A stretch of DNA of 64,000 nt from positions 2,232,203 to 2,296,202 of the forward strand of contig JBJBEO010000001.1 of NCBI GenBank assembly GCA_047284725.1, in the 5' to 3' direction. Positions 1-9,798 of this stretch are shown here, in pieces. A program made the translations under genes and the position numbers. The notes under the pieces are model-generated. The model worked only from the letters and a program-made list of their open reading frames with translations. It was not told where the DNA came from and made no database searches. Numbering within the stretch: position 1 is the first letter of the stretch; each line of letters opens with the position of its first letter. Source of the DNA: Synechococcus sp. Its GTDB lineage: Bacteria > Cyanobacteriota > Cyanobacteriia > PCC-6307 > Cyanobiaceae.

Positions 1-207
1 ACATGCGCCAGCAGCAGCCTCTCAGGCTGCTGCCATGGCTCCAAATGAAGCGTTTGGCATCGAGGACGGGCTGCGCCCGCTTGCCGATCTGCGCCTCCGC
101 AGACGATGGGGCAAGGCAGACCTCTGCAATCTCATGCCATTTCCCCACTTGCTTTCAGGAACTTGAGGAATCCTTAACGCATTGAAGACCAGAGGTAACC
201 AACATCC

Positions 208-387
208 CTAAAAAATATGGGTTTCAATCACATCCCCCCTCTTGCCAAGCAGCTGAATGGACTCATACCCCGACGGCTCAAGCGTTTCCATCGCATCCTC
301 AAAAGCCATCTGAGCATCATGCAAGTAGTCAAACGTCTCATAGACCCGAGACTGACCTGCATCCTTGATCGTGATTGAATAAACCAT
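208..387 (-). CDS. small hypothetical protein (59 aa, not in the ORF track)
   Basis: Manual translation MVYSITIKDAGQSRVYETFDYLHDAQMAFEDAMETLEPSGYESIQLLGKRGDVIETHIF*; ATG preceded by AGGAA; protein-like composition. Confidence 0.55.
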   Translation of the reverse strand: MVYSITIKDAGQSRVYETFDYLHDAQMAFEDAMETLEPSGYESIQLLGKRGDVIETHIF

Positions 388-463
388 TTCCTAGTGAGCC
401 AATAGTCGACTGGGACATCCTCAAAGCTTTCGAGTCAGTGATCACGTCACAATCTCCTCAAAC

Positions 464-491
464 CAAGCCAACAATCGCAAGCCAACAATCG
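464..491. repeat. perfect 14-bp tandem direct repeat (CAAGCCAACAATCG x2)
   Basis: Copies at 464-477 and 478-491 read directly. Confidence 0.9.
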
Positions 492-797
492 GGTTGTCGT
501 CACAGAAGGTCAACCCCAAAGACACAGAGAGACTGGTGATAGCGATGAAGCAAGACAAGAGGACAACCGTCGATGGGTTGATCAGCGACCCACCCAGGAG
601 CCTGCGAGAGGGATCGGCTGGGAGGCCGAACAGACCGTCCTGGAGGCTGGATCACCGCAGTCTTGCGTCAATGCGCAAGTTCACTCATGTATCGAGGCGA
701 ACACTTTGGCTAGAACAACAGTGTTCAACGGGAGGGCCAAGAACACGCGTCGACATTGGAGACCCTGGCCGGCTCATTGGGGGAGCCGGTTTTTTTT
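491..797 (+). ncRNA. candidate structured non-coding RNA (possibly Cyano-2-like; family not confirmed)
   Basis: Nested stems AGACTGGTGAT(530-540)/ATCACCgcAGTCT(651-663), TGGGTTG/CGACCCA, CCAGGA/TCCTGG, TCGGC/GCCGA, CTTGCG/CGCAAG, GAACACT/AGTGTTC; several GCGA words; ends in an intrinsic terminator; overlapping ORFs are not protein-like. Confidence 0.6.
768..797 (+). terminator. rho-independent terminator
   Basis: GCCGGCTC-loop-GAGCCGGT followed by a T run. Confidence 0.85.
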
Positions 798-950
798 GGC
801 CGCCCCACCCCACGCAGGCGCCGTGAGCGAACGCAACAGGCCAATCTCGGAGTGAGGCTTGGACACCGAACCTGCGGGACCTGACAACAAAGGTGTTGAA
901 TCGAGCCAACTTCCGTACAGTTCGGCCATCGCATCACAACAATCCACAGG

Positions 951-2381
951 TTGAGCTCGACCAACCCACGATCAAGGCGGAGGAGCCAACCGGGACGCAG
1001 GCGGCAAGCCATGCGGGAACTCCAAGCGGAGCGACAGCGGGATCTGGTCGACCGCTCACGCCGTGCTGTTCGCTGGCTTCAACCAGGTCTGGTGGTCAAG
1101 CGCTGGTTGCTCACGTCGGGCATCGGCCTCGTCCTGGCCTTGCTCGGCGCTGCTGTCTGGGCCGATCTCCAACCGATTTACTGGACGCTCTGGGCCATTC
1201 AGGAATCCCTGAGCTGGATCACAAGGGTGCTGCCTCGCGGGATCACCGGTCCGTTGCTGGCCCTGATCGGCATCGGATTGCTTCTTTGGGGCCAGAGCCG
1301 CAGCTTTGGCTCGATTCAACAGGCCCTGGCACCAGAAAAAGACACGGTGCTCGTCGATGCCCTGCGGGCCAAAAGCCGGCTCAACCGCGGGCCCAGCATT
1401 GTGGCCATCGGCGGGGGAACGGGCCTCTCCACTCTGCTCAGCGGCCTGAAGCGCTACAGCTCCAACATCACAGCGATCGTGACCGTCGCCGATGACGGTG
1501 GCAGCAGTGGCGTCCTGCGCCGGGAACTCGGCGTGCAACCGCCCGGCGACATCCGCAACTGCCTGGCGGCCCTCTCCACCGAAGAGCCACTGCTCACACG
1601 CTTGTTCCAATACCGCTTCTCCTCGGGGACCGGCCTGGAAGGTCACAGTTTCGGCAACCTGTTCCTCTCGGCGCTCACAGCCATCACCGGCAATCTTGAA
1701 ACGGCGATCACCGCCTCCAGCCGAGTCCTGGCGGTCCAAGGTCAGGTGGTTCCTGCCACCACAGCGGATGTACGCCTCTGGGCCGAACTGGAGAACGGTC
1801 AGCGCATCGAGGGTGAATCCGCCATCGGCCATGCCCCCAGCCCGATCGTGCGTCTGGGCTGCCTGCCGGAGCAACCACCAGCTCTGCCCAGAGCCCTGGA
1901 AGCGATTGCCAATGCCGACCTTATCCTGCTCGGCCCCGGCAGCCTCTACACCTCCCTCCTGCCGAATCTGCTGGTTCCCGAGCTGGTGACGGCCATCCAG
2001 CGGAGCCGCGCACCGCGGCTCTACATCTGCAACCTGATGACCCAGCCGGGCGAGACCGATGGACTCGACGTGAGCGGCCACCTGCGGGCGATTGAATCTC
2101 AACTGGCCAGTCTCGGTGTGGGTCAACGCCTCTTCACCGCAGTGCTGGCACAGGAGCAACTGCCCGATTCAGCACTGATCGCCCATTACCGCTCCCGGGG
2201 CGCCGAACCCGTGCGGTGCAATCGCCAGGATCTGGCAAGGGAGGGCTATGACGTGATGGAAGCTCCGCTGCAAGGAAGCAGACCGACGGCGACGCTGCGC
2301 CACGATCCCCGAAGCCTGGCGCTCGGGGTGATGCGCTTCTACCGGAAACACAAAGCCGACAAACAATCCCTAGCTAGCTGA
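951..2381 (+). CDS. yvcK: YvcK/CofD-family (gluconeogenesis factor/GlmR-like) protein with N-terminal membrane helices; start may be ATG 1011
   Basis: GGGTG, VTVADDGGSSG, PPGDIRNC, GHSFGNL, GPGSLYTS motifs; usual position next to ndhJ. Confidence 0.9.
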   Translation: MSSTNPRSRRRSQPGRRRQAMRELQAERQRDLVDRSRRAVRWLQPGLVVKRWLLTSGIGLVLALLGAAVWADLQPIYWTLWAIQESLSWITRVLPRGITGPLLALIGIGLLLWGQSRSFGSIQQALAPEKDTVLVDALRAKSRLNRGPSIVAIGGGTGLSTLLSGLKRYSSNITAIVTVADDGGSSGVLRRELGVQPPGDIRNCLAALSTEEPLLTRLFQYRFSSGTGLEGHSFGNLFLSALTAITGNLETAITASSRVLAVQGQVVPATTADVRLWAELENGQRIEGESAIGHAPSPIVRLGCLPEQPPALPRALEAIANADLILLGPGSLYTSLLPNLLVPELVTAIQRSRAPRLYICNLMTQPGETDGLDVSGHLRAIESQLASLGVGQRLFTAVLAQEQLPDSALIAHYRSRGAEPVRCNRQDLAREGYDVMEAPLQGSRPTATLRHDPRSLALGVMRFYRKHKADKQSLAS

Positions 2382-2437
2382 GAACGCTCTAAAACTCCCC
2401 AGCCGCCAGAAACAGAAAAGGATCAAACGTTAAAACG

Positions 2438-2995
2438 TCAGTAAGCATCCTGCATTTCGTAGAAGTCTGGCTGCACATAGTCCTTGCGCAAAGGCCAGCC
2501 TTTCCAGTCTTCCGGCATCAATAACCGCTTGGGATGGGGATGTCCATCGAAGCGAATGCCAAACATGTCGAAGGTTTCACGCTCCTGCCAATCAGCCCCG
2601 CGGAACAGTCCATAGAGGGTCGGCACATGGGGCTCGCCGTCCCGCGAGAGGAACACTTTGAGGCGCACTTCACGCACCTGATCACCACCACCTTCAGCCA
2701 CTTCCGCCATGGCCACCAGGTGATAGAAGCAGACCAACCGCTGGCCAGGGCCTTCGTCGTAGCCGCCCTGGCACTGGAGGTAATCGAAGCCGTGGGCTTT
2801 CAAAGCTGCAGCGATGACCGGAAGGAACATCGGCTCAATGCCAATGGTTTCCACGCCAAGGTGGTCGGCAGGCAGGATCTCGTGATCGAAGCCCTGCTGC
2901 TGCAACCACACACTGACGGGACCACGCTCGGGAGCAGCCGGTAGCTGGCTCTCCTCAGCGAGATTGGATGCGGACGCGTTCGGGGTTTCACTCAT
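2438..2995 (-). CDS. ndhJ: NAD(P)H-quinone oxidoreductase subunit J
   Basis: [20 protein letters not shown]...GWPLRKDY; ndhCKJ order. Confidence 0.97.
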   Translation of the reverse strand: MSETPNASASNLAEESQLPAAPERGPVSVWLQQQGFDHEILPADHLGVETIGIEPMFLPVIAAALKAHGFDYLQCQGGYDEGPGQRLVCFYHLVAMAEVAEGGGDQVREVRLKVFLSRDGEPHVPTLYGLFRGADWQERETFDMFGIRFDGHPHPKRLLMPEDWKGWPLRKDYVQPDFYEMQDAY

Positions 2996-3006
2996 GGCGA
3001 ATGCCC

Positions 3007-3771
3007 TCAGGAGGCGGATGGTTCGGAGGAGGCTTCAGCGGGAGCTTCCGCAGGTGTGGACAGGGCTGGCATCGGCAGACCGGCACCAGCCTGCAAGGCT
3101 GCGATCTGAGTCTCGGCCTGCAGATAAGCACCGGTGACCATGGGATCCACAGGCTTCATCCCATGCTTCACCGTGTAATAGCGATGCGTCTGCTGCAGCT
3201 GTCGGCGATCACTCACCGACTCATTCGCCACCTTCTTGCGCAATTTGATCACGGCATCAAAGATCGCTTCAGGGCGCGGTGGGCACCCAGGGAGGTAGAG
3301 ATCCACAGGGATGAGCTTGTCGACGCCGCGCACCGCCGTGGTGGAGTCGGCACTGAACATGCCACCGGTGATGGTGCAAGCACCCATGGCGATCACGTAT
3401 TTGGGCTCAGGCATCTGCTCGTAGAGACGCACCAGAGCTGGAGCCATCTTCATGGTCACGGTGCCCGCAACGATCAGGAGATCAGCCTGCCGGGGCGAAC
3501 TGCGTGGAACCAGACCAAAACGGTCAAAGTCGAACCGTGATCCAATCAGGGCCGCGAATTCGATGAAGCAGCAGGCCGTGCCGTAGAGAAGAGGCCAGAG
3601 GCTGCTCAGACGAGCCCAGTTATGGAGGTCATCAAGGCTGGTGAGAATGACGTTCTCACTGAGATCCGTGGTGACAGCTGGAGCACCTTCGGCGGCACCT
3701 GCCACAGGACCACAACTGGCGGCGCGCAGATCACGAACAGCTGCAATCGATGGGGTCGTTGATTCAGGCAT
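3007..3771 (-). CDS. ndhK: NAD(P)H-quinone oxidoreductase subunit K
   Basis: [27 protein letters not shown] 3771 just downstream of the ndhC stop. Confidence 0.97.
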   Translation of the reverse strand: MPESTTPSIAAVRDLRAASCGPVAGAAEGAPAVTTDLSENVILTSLDDLHNWARLSSLWPLLYGTACCFIEFAALIGSRFDFDRFGLVPRSSPRQADLLIVAGTVTMKMAPALVRLYEQMPEPKYVIAMGACTITGGMFSADSTTAVRGVDKLIPVDLYLPGCPPRPEAIFDAVIKLRKKVANESVSDRRQLQQTHRYYTVKHGMKPVDPMVTGAYLQAETQIAALQAGAGLPMPALSTPAEAPAEASSEPSAS

Positions 3772-3775
3772 CAGC

Positions 3776-4138
3776 TCAGCTCCACTCGAGGGCGCCTTTG
3801 CGCCAGGCATAGGCCAGCGCCACCACAAGGATGGCGATGAAGATCAAAGCCTCAATAAAGGCCAGCAAACCAAGACGGTGGAACGCCACCGCCCAGGGAT
3901 ACAGAAACACGGTCTCCACATCGAAGATGACGAAGACCAGGGCAAACATGTAGTAACGGATATTGAATTGAATCCAGGCACCGCCGATGGGCTCCATGCC
4001 TGATTCATAGGTGATCTCCCTCTCACCCTGCTGACTGCGGGGCGACAGAAGCTTGTTGGTGACCAACGCCAGCACCGGCACCGCTGCTGCGATCAGCAGG
4101 AAGCCGAGGAAGGCGTCGTAACCCGGCAGAGCAAACAT
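3776..4138 (-). CDS. ndhC: NAD(P)H-quinone oxidoreductase subunit 3
   Basis: [25 protein letters not shown]. Confidence 0.98.
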   Translation of the reverse strand: MFALPGYDAFLGFLLIAAAVPVLALVTNKLLSPRSQQGEREITYESGMEPIGGAWIQFNIRYYMFALVFVIFDVETVFLYPWAVAFHRLGLLAFIEALIFIAILVVALAYAWRKGALEWS

Positions 4139-4224
4139 GAATCAGCCTGACCTGTGGGTCAGTCTGGCATTCACCACCACCATCTGACGCCCCCGATAGA
4201 GTTGCTCCACTAGTCCAAGCCACG

Positions 4225-4674
4225 GTGAGCGACGAGATTTCTGGATCCGAAACGACCAACCCTGCGGCAGGAGAGACTGATCAACGCAGCGACACGACCA
4301 ACGCGTCGGTGGCCACCGAGGGCATCAACTCCGAAGCAGCGTCTGAACTGGACAGCGATCCCCGCACCCACCGGTTCGAATGCCGCAGCTGTGGATACGT
4401 GTATGACCCGGCAGAAGGCGTCAAAAAACTAGGCATCGAGCCCAACACCCCCTTCGACGATCTCGACGCCGTCAGCTTCCGATGCCCGGTGTGCCGAAGC
4501 CGGGTGGGTGCGTTCCGCGACATCGGCCCAGTGACCAAAGCGAGCGGCTTTGAGGAAAATCTCGACTTTGGCCTCGGCGTGAACCGGCTCACTCCTGGCC
4601 AGAAGAACGTCTTGATCTTCGGCAGCCTCGCTCTCGGCTTCGCCTTTTTCCTCTCTCTGTACTCCCTTCGCTAA
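4225..4674 (+). CDS. rubA: membrane-anchored rubredoxin
   Basis: CRSCGYVYDP and CPVC motifs plus C-terminal TM helix; upstream of ycf48. Confidence 0.95.
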   Translation: MSDEISGSETTNPAAGETDQRSDTTNASVATEGINSEAASELDSDPRTHRFECRSCGYVYDPAEGVKKLGIEPNTPFDDLDAVSFRCPVCRSRVGAFRDIGPVTKASGFEENLDFGLGVNRLTPGQKNVLIFGSLALGFAFFLSLYSLR

Positions 4675-4713
4675 CCGTCCTGGCTGGACACGGCTACTCC
4701 CTCAACGACACCC

Positions 4714-5706
4714 ATGAAGCGCCTGCTTAACCCCTTCTTTCACCTGTTGCTGGTGGCTTGCCTAGGTCTCGGCCTCGGCGGTTGTGTGGCCACGCGCCTC
4801 GCCGCTGCCGAAACCAGCCCCTGGCAAGCGATTGATCTGAAGACTGAGGCCAATCCCCTGGATGTGGCCTTCACGGATGCCAACCACGGCTTTCTGGTGG
4901 GCAGCAATCGCATGATTCTGGAAACCATGGATGGAGGGGCAAGCTGGGACGAGCGCAGCCTTGATCTGCCGGAAGAAGAGAACTTCCGGTTGATCAGCAT
5001 TGATTTCGATGGCGATGACGGCTGGATCGCTGGTCAACCCGGCCTGCTGATGCACACCACCGACGGCGGCAGCAACTGGACCCGCCTCTTCCTCGACACC
5101 AAATTGCCAGGCGAGCCCTACCTGATCACCGCCCTCGGTCGCGACAGCGCTGAACTCGCCACGAACGTCGGCGCCGTGTACCGCACATCGGATGGTGGCG
5201 GCAGCTGGGATGCCAAGGTCAGCGATGCCGCCGGTGCCGTGCGCGATCTACGCCGCAGCGATGACGGGCGCTACGTGAGCGTGAGCAGCCTGGGCAATTT
5301 CTACGCCAGCTGGGATCCAGGCCAGTCCGTGTGGCAGGTGCACCAGCGCGTCAGCAGCCAACGTCTTCAGAGCATCGGCTATCAGCCCGACGGCCGTCTG
5401 TGGATGCTCGCCCGCGGCGCCCAGATCCGCCTCAACGACGATGCCTCGAACAACGAGAGCTGGAGCAAGCCGATCGTGCCGATCACCAATGGCTATGGCT
5501 ATCTCGACCTGGCCTGGACTGACGATGGCGCTCTCTGGGCCGCCGGCGGCAACGGCACGCTGCTGGTGAGCCGCGACGGTGGCGACAGCTGGCAGCGCGA
5601 CCCGGTGGGCGCGGAACAACCCAGCAACTTCACGCGCTTTGAGCTCACCGACGGCAAAGCCTTCCTGCTCGGCGAGCGCGGCATCCTGCTGCGCAACGTG
5701 GGCTGA
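4714..5706 (+). CDS. ycf48: photosystem II assembly factor Ycf48/Hcf136
   Basis: Lipoprotein-type signal (LGGC), Asp-box TxDGGxxW repeats, synteny with psbEFLJ. Confidence 0.96.
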   Translation: MKRLLNPFFHLLLVACLGLGLGGCVATRLAAAETSPWQAIDLKTEANPLDVAFTDANHGFLVGSNRMILETMDGGASWDERSLDLPEEENFRLISIDFDGDDGWIAGQPGLLMHTTDGGSNWTRLFLDTKLPGEPYLITALGRDSAELATNVGAVYRTSDGGGSWDAKVSDAAGAVRDLRRSDDGRYVSVSSLGNFYASWDPGQSVWQVHQRVSSQRLQSIGYQPDGRLWMLARGAQIRLNDDASNNESWSKPIVPITNGYGYLDLAWTDDGALWAAGGNGTLLVSRDGGDSWQRDPVGAEQPSNFTRFELTDGKAFLLGERGILLRNVG

Positions 5707-5721
5707 GCCCAGGCCTCGTTC

Positions 5722-5746
5722 GGGTTGGCGGCGTTGACGCCAACCC
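5722..5746 (+). other. 9-bp stem-loop between ycf48 and psbE
   Basis: GGGTTGGCG-GCGTTGA-CGCCAACCC; no U tract. Confidence 0.5.
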
Positions 5747-5804
5747 CCCACAACGCTCTGTAACCAAGAACCTTCCGGTGACGCGGGAACTGATCACCGC
5801 CCTT

Positions 5805-5810
5805 TAGGAT
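5805..5810 (+). promoter_or_regulatory. putative -10 box for psbEFLJ
   Basis: TAGGAT about 25 nt upstream of the psbE ATG. Confidence 0.4.
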
Positions 5811-5834
5811 CACCGAGCTGATACGCCCGAAGCC

Positions 5835-6083
5835 ATGGCAGCCGGCTCCACCGGGGAACGCCCGTTTTTCGAGATCATCACCAGCATCCGCTATTGGGTG
5901 ATCCACGCTGTGACCCTGCCTGCGATTTTCCTTGCAGGCTTCCTGTTTGTGTCCACTGGCCTTGCCTACGACGCCTTTGGCACACCTCGTCCGGATGCCT
6001 ACTTCCAGGCCTCCGAAAGCAAAGCTCCTGTGGTGAGCCAGCGCTATGAGGGCAAGGATCAACTCGATGTTCGCCTGAAATAA
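5835..6083 (+). CDS. psbE: cytochrome b559 alpha subunit
   Basis: [18 protein letters not shown]. Confidence 0.99.
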   Translation: MAAGSTGERPFFEIITSIRYWVIHAVTLPAIFLAGFLFVSTGLAYDAFGTPRPDAYFQASESKAPVVSQRYEGKDQLDVRLK

Positions 6084-6086
6084 GTC

Positions 6087-6224
6087 ATGACACAAACCCC
6101 CTCCACATCCACGCCGCGCAACTATCCGATTTTCACGGTGCGCTGGCTTGCTTTGCACACCCTGGGCGTGCCCACGGTGTTCTTCCTGGGTGCCCTGGCT
6201 GCCATGCAGTTCATCCGTCGCTGA
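6087..6224 (+). CDS. psbF: cytochrome b559 beta subunit
   Basis: Manual translation [45 protein letters not shown]. Confidence 0.99.
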   Translation: MTQTPSTSTPRNYPIFTVRWLALHTLGVPTVFFLGALAAMQFIRR

Positions 6225-6246
6225 TCCATCCACCTGCTGAACCACC

Positions 6247-6366
6247 ATGGAGCGCAATCCAAATCCAAACAGCCTTCCGGTTGAGCTGAACAGAACCAGT
6301 CTTTACCTGGGAATCCTGTTCGTCTCCACCTGCGGAATTCTGTTCTCCAGCTACTTCTTCAACTGA
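6247..6366 (+). CDS. psbL: photosystem II protein L
   Basis: Manual translation [39 protein letters not shown]. Confidence 0.98.
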   Translation: MERNPNPNSLPVELNRTSLYLGILFVSTCGILFSSYFFN

Positions 6367-6377
6367 GGAACTGATTC

Positions 6378-6578
6378 ATGAGCGGCAAGAAATCCAATCT
6401 TCCCGACGGTCGTATTCCTGATCGTCTTCCTGACGGACGTCCCGCAGTGGCCTGGCGTTCCCGCTGGACCGAAGGCACTCTCCCCCTCTGGCTCGTCGCC
6501 ACTGCAGGTGGCATGGCCGTGCTGTTTGTGGTGGGCCTGTTCTTCTACGGCTCCTACACCGGCGTCGGTTCCGCCTGA
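6378..6578 (+). CDS. psbJ: photosystem II protein J
   Basis: LPLWLVAT...[11 protein letters not shown] with picocyanobacterial N-terminal extension. Confidence 0.97.
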   Translation: MSGKKSNLPDGRIPDRLPDGRPAVAWRSRWTEGTLPLWLVATAGGMAVLFVVGLFFYGSYTGVGSA

Positions 6579-6597
6579 TTGAGGAATCATCCTCTGA

Positions 6598-6634
6598 GAA
6601 AAAGCCCCCTGGCCTTGTCCAGAGGGCTTTTTTT
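6598..6634 (+). terminator. intrinsic terminator (potentially bidirectional) after psbJ
   Basis: AAAAAGCCCCCTGG-loop-CCAGAGGGCTTTTTT. Confidence 0.85.
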
Positions 6635-6736
6635 AGTGCCATACGGAAGGCACATCAATCCACTGGCTGATCTCCTTGCGTGGTATGTCGAGGAACCGAG
6701 AGAACCTTAAAATTCTCGTGGTCAGCACTTGGATGA

Positions 6737-7201
6737 ATGCAGGAGAGCCAAGCTGCTGCCAATGAAGCCACGCAGACACCACGCCCGCGACGCAATCGCC
6801 GACCCAAGCTACGGGCCCTGTTCTGTCCAAGGCACCCCGAGCAACGCATCGAAGGCAACGGCAAAAAGTACTACTTACACCTGCTCCAGCCCGAGCAACT
6901 GCAGCAGCGCGGCATGTCAGCCAAACGCGCTCAGCTGGTGATCAATGCCTATCCCGTATTAGTGCTCAGCGATGAGTGGCTTGAGGAGCTGTTCTGCCCC
7001 CTGTGCGGCCAGAGCCGTTGGTGCCACATCACCAAACATGACCGGGTCGAACACAGCGTGCGCTGGGCACCAAGGGATCTATGGGAACAGGTCGCCCATG
7101 TAGATCCCACGGCCGCCAACCCCACGGTGAGTGAATTCACCCAGCGTGCAGCCCGGCGCACCCAACTCAAACGGGCTGACGGACGCCGCTTTTACGACTG
7201 A
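6737..7201 (+). CDS. hypothetical protein with CPxH and CPxC motifs (possible zinc ribbon)
   Basis: LFCPRHP and EELFCPLCG; clean ORF. Confidence 0.7.
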   Translation: MQESQAAANEATQTPRPRRNRRPKLRALFCPRHPEQRIEGNGKKYYLHLLQPEQLQQRGMSAKRAQLVINAYPVLVLSDEWLEELFCPLCGQSRWCHITKHDRVEHSVRWAPRDLWEQVAHVDPTAANPTVSEFTQRAARRTQLKRADGRRFYD

Positions 7202-8265
7202 ACCTGCGAAGTCGATTGCCCAACCGCTGATCCAACGCCGTAGAAGGCGCGATACCAGTCAGCGAAACGCTGCACGCCTGTCTCAATCGGGGTGGAAGGC
7301 TTGAAGCCCACCCAAGCCTCCAGAGCCGACGTATTGGCCGCGGTGGCCACCACATCGCCGGGCTGCATGGGCTGGAAGTCCTTGATGGCTTCGCGGCCCA
7401 GGGCCTGCTCCATCACCTCAATGAAGCGCATCAACGGAGTGGGCTGACTGTTGCCGATATTGAAAACACGATGAGGGGCCGCAGCCGTAGCCGGATCCGG
7501 AGCGAGGGGGTCAAAGTCGGGATTCGCCGTGGCCGGCTTGTCGCCGCAGCGCAGCACCCCCTCCACGATGTCATCGATGTAGGTGAAATCGCGCTGCATC
7601 TTGCCGTGGTTAAACACCCGAATCGGCTTCCCGGCCAGGATCGCTTTGGCGAACAACATCGGAGCCATATCGGGTCGGCCCCAGGGGCCATACACCGTGA
7701 AAAAGCGCAGACCGGTCGCCGGTAGACCATACAGATGGCTGTAGGTGTGAGCCATCAATTCATTCGCCTTTTTGCTTGCGGCATACAGGCTCACCGGGTG
7801 ATTCACCGGTTGACGCTCGTCAAACGGCAGGTTGCGGTTGCCGCCATACACCGAGCTGCTGGAGGCATACACCAGGTTTTCCACCCCATGGTGCCGGCAG
7901 CCCTCAAGGATGTGCCCGAACCCCACCAGATTGCTCTGGATGTAGGCCGCAGGATTGTCCAGCGAGTAACGCACGCCGGCCTGGGCAGCCAGGTTCACAA
8001 CCACCCGGGGCCGTTCGGCAGAAAACAGCGCCAGCAGGGTTTCCCCCTCTTCCAGGGCCATCCGCTCAAAACGCCAGGCACCGGCAGGGGCCATGGCCTC
8101 AATCACCTCGAGGCGCGCCTGCTTCAGGGCTGGGTCGTAGTAGGTGTTGAGATTGTCGACGCCGATCACACGATCGCCCCGCTTAAGCAGGCGCTGGCAC
8201 AAGGCAGAACCGATGAATCCGGCAGCACCGGTGACCAGAATCGGACGGGAGCTCACAGCAGGCAT
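7192..8265 (-). CDS. NAD-dependent epimerase, UDP-glucuronate 4-epimerase (CapI/LspL-like)
   Basis: GAAGFIG, LAAQAGVRYS, YAASKKANE, YGPWGRPDMA; adjacent to ugd. Confidence 0.9.
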   Translation of the reverse strand: MPAVSSRPILVTGAAGFIGSALCQRLLKRGDRVIGVDNLNTYYDPALKQARLEVIEAMAPAGAWRFERMALEEGETLLALFSAERPRVVVNLAAQAGVRYSLDNPAAYIQSNLVGFGHILEGCRHHGVENLVYASSSSVYGGNRNLPFDERQPVNHPVSLYAASKKANELMAHTYSHLYGLPATGLRFFTVYGPWGRPDMAPMLFAKAILAGKPIRVFNHGKMQRDFTYIDDIVEGVLRCGDKPATANPDFDPLAPDPATAAAPHRVFNIGNSQPTPLMRFIEVMEQALGREAIKDFQPMQPGDVVATAANTSALEAWVGFKPSTPIETGVQRFADWYRAFYGVGSAVGQSTSQVQS

Positions 8266-9740
8266 CAGACGTCGGCCTCCACTCCACCATCACCCACGCG
8301 CCACAACTTCAGACCAGCAGCCGCCACCGCAGCGGGATCAACCACCGAACGGGCATCAAAAATCCATGCCGGATGCCGCATCCGAGCCGCCAGGGCCGAC
8401 CAGTCCAAGTGGCGATACTGCTTCCATTCCGTCAGGATCAGCACCGCATCGGCGCCGGCCACGGTGCTCTCCACATCCTCCCCCTGCCACCAGGCGCCCT
8501 CGCCACTGAGGGCCGCCCTGGTAGGCTCCGCCTCCGCAACCGGCCCCGCACTGACGGGCCGCTGAAGGTCACGGGCGATCTGAGCCCCATCCACCTTCGG
8601 ATCATGGATTGAGAGCTGGGCCCCTTCTTCGAGCAGATCGCGGCAGATCCGAATCGCCGGTGCTTCACGGGTGTCGTTGGTGTCGGCCTTGAAGGCAAAC
8701 CCCAGCACCGCCAGGCGCTTCCCCGTGACGGTGCCGAACAGCTTCTGCACCACCAACCTGGCAATGCGGTGCTGCTGCCAGGTGTTGAGCGCCACCACGC
8801 TCTCCCAGTAATCGGCCACTTCAGGCAGGCCGAAATGGCGGCAGAGATACACGAGATTGAGGATGTCTTTCTGGAAACAGCTGCCACCAAACCCAGGGCC
8901 TGCTTGGAGAAATTTGGGACCGATGCGGCTGTCGGTGCCGATCGCCCGCGCCACCTCGCGCACATCCGCACCGGTGGCCTCACAGAACGCCGCAATCGAA
9001 TTGATCGAGCTGATGCGCTGGGCCAGAAAAGCATTGGCGGTGAGCTTGGACAGCTCACTGCTCCAGAGATTGGTGCGGAGGATCCGCTCCTCCGGCACCC
9101 AATGGGCATACACCGACGCCAGCGCATCCATGGAGGCCTGGTCTTCGCCGCCGATCAACACCCGATCCGGGGCTTCCAGATCGGGGATCGCCGTCCCTTC
9201 TGCCAGAAACTCGGGGTTCGAGAGCACCGCGAAGCTGCGACGTGTGGAGCCCGGCGCCTCGGCCGCCGCCAGGATGTCCTTGATCGTCTGAGCGGTGCGC
9301 ACCGGAAGGGTGCTTTTCTCCACCACGATCGTGTGACCCGTCGCCACCTTGGCCACCTGGCGAGCACAGGCCTCCACCCAGCGCAGATCACTGGCCTGGC
9401 CTGCACCCAAGCCTTTGGTTTTGGTGGGGGTGTTCACCGAGATGAACACCATGTCGGCAGCAGCAATCGCCTCATCCACCGCCGTGGAGAAACTGAGGTT
9501 GCGGCCACGGGCCCGGCCCAGCACCGCATCCAAACCGGGCTCATACACTGGCAGCTTGCCGAGATCGCTGTCGTTCCAGGCGGCGATGCGCTGCTCATTA
9601 AGGTCCACCACCGTGACCTGAAGGTCGGGGCAGCGATCGGCGATCACCGCCATGGTCGGCCCGCCCACATAGCCGGCCCCGATGCAACAGATGCGGCGCA
9701 CAGCACCCGCTGCAGAGGTTGGGGCGGAAGACAGTGTCAT
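8265..9740 (-). CDS. ugd: UDP-glucose 6-dehydrogenase
   Basis: GAGYVG, EKSTLP, NPEFLAEG, GFGGSCFQKD. Confidence 0.95.
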   Translation of the reverse strand: MTLSSAPTSAAGAVRRICCIGAGYVGGPTMAVIADRCPDLQVTVVDLNEQRIAAWNDSDLGKLPVYEPGLDAVLGRARGRNLSFSTAVDEAIAAADMVFISVNTPTKTKGLGAGQASDLRWVEACARQVAKVATGHTIVVEKSTLPVRTAQTIKDILAAAEAPGSTRRSFAVLSNPEFLAEGTAIPDLEAPDRVLIGGEDQASMDALASVYAHWVPEERILRTNLWSSELSKLTANAFLAQRISSINSIAAFCEATGADVREVARAIGTDSRIGPKFLQAGPGFGGSCFQKDILNLVYLCRHFGLPEVADYWESVVALNTWQQHRIARLVVQKLFGTVTGKRLAVLGFAFKADTNDTREAPAIRICRDLLEEGAQLSIHDPKVDGAQIARDLQRPVSAGPVAEAEPTRAALSGEGAWWQGEDVESTVAGADAVLILTEWKQYRHLDWSALAARMRHPAWIFDARSVVDPAAVAAAGLKLWRVGDGGVEADV

Positions 9741-9798
9741 CGGCAGATCCAGCGTGCCCAGAGGGGTGCCGCCAGGTTACCGGCAGTTCTCCAAGCGA

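Noticed and set aside
11..33. Perfect 10-bp inverted repeat GCAGCAGCCT-CTC-AGGCTGCTGC
   Set aside because: Single copy at the window edge with no U tract; cannot call a REP element or terminator
437..451. AGTGA-TCACG-TCACA, resembling a CRP site
   Set aside because: Spacer is 5 nt rather than the 6 nt of TGTGA-N6-TCACA
464..500. GCCAACAA resembling the start of a cyanobacterial tmRNA tag, or a CRISPR repeat
   Set aside because: No tag reading frame or tRNA-like domain; only two adjacent copies with no spacers and no cas genes
494..1012. ORFs 494-826, 685-909 and 725-1012
   Set aside because: Not protein-like; they overlap the structured RNA candidate and run through a terminator
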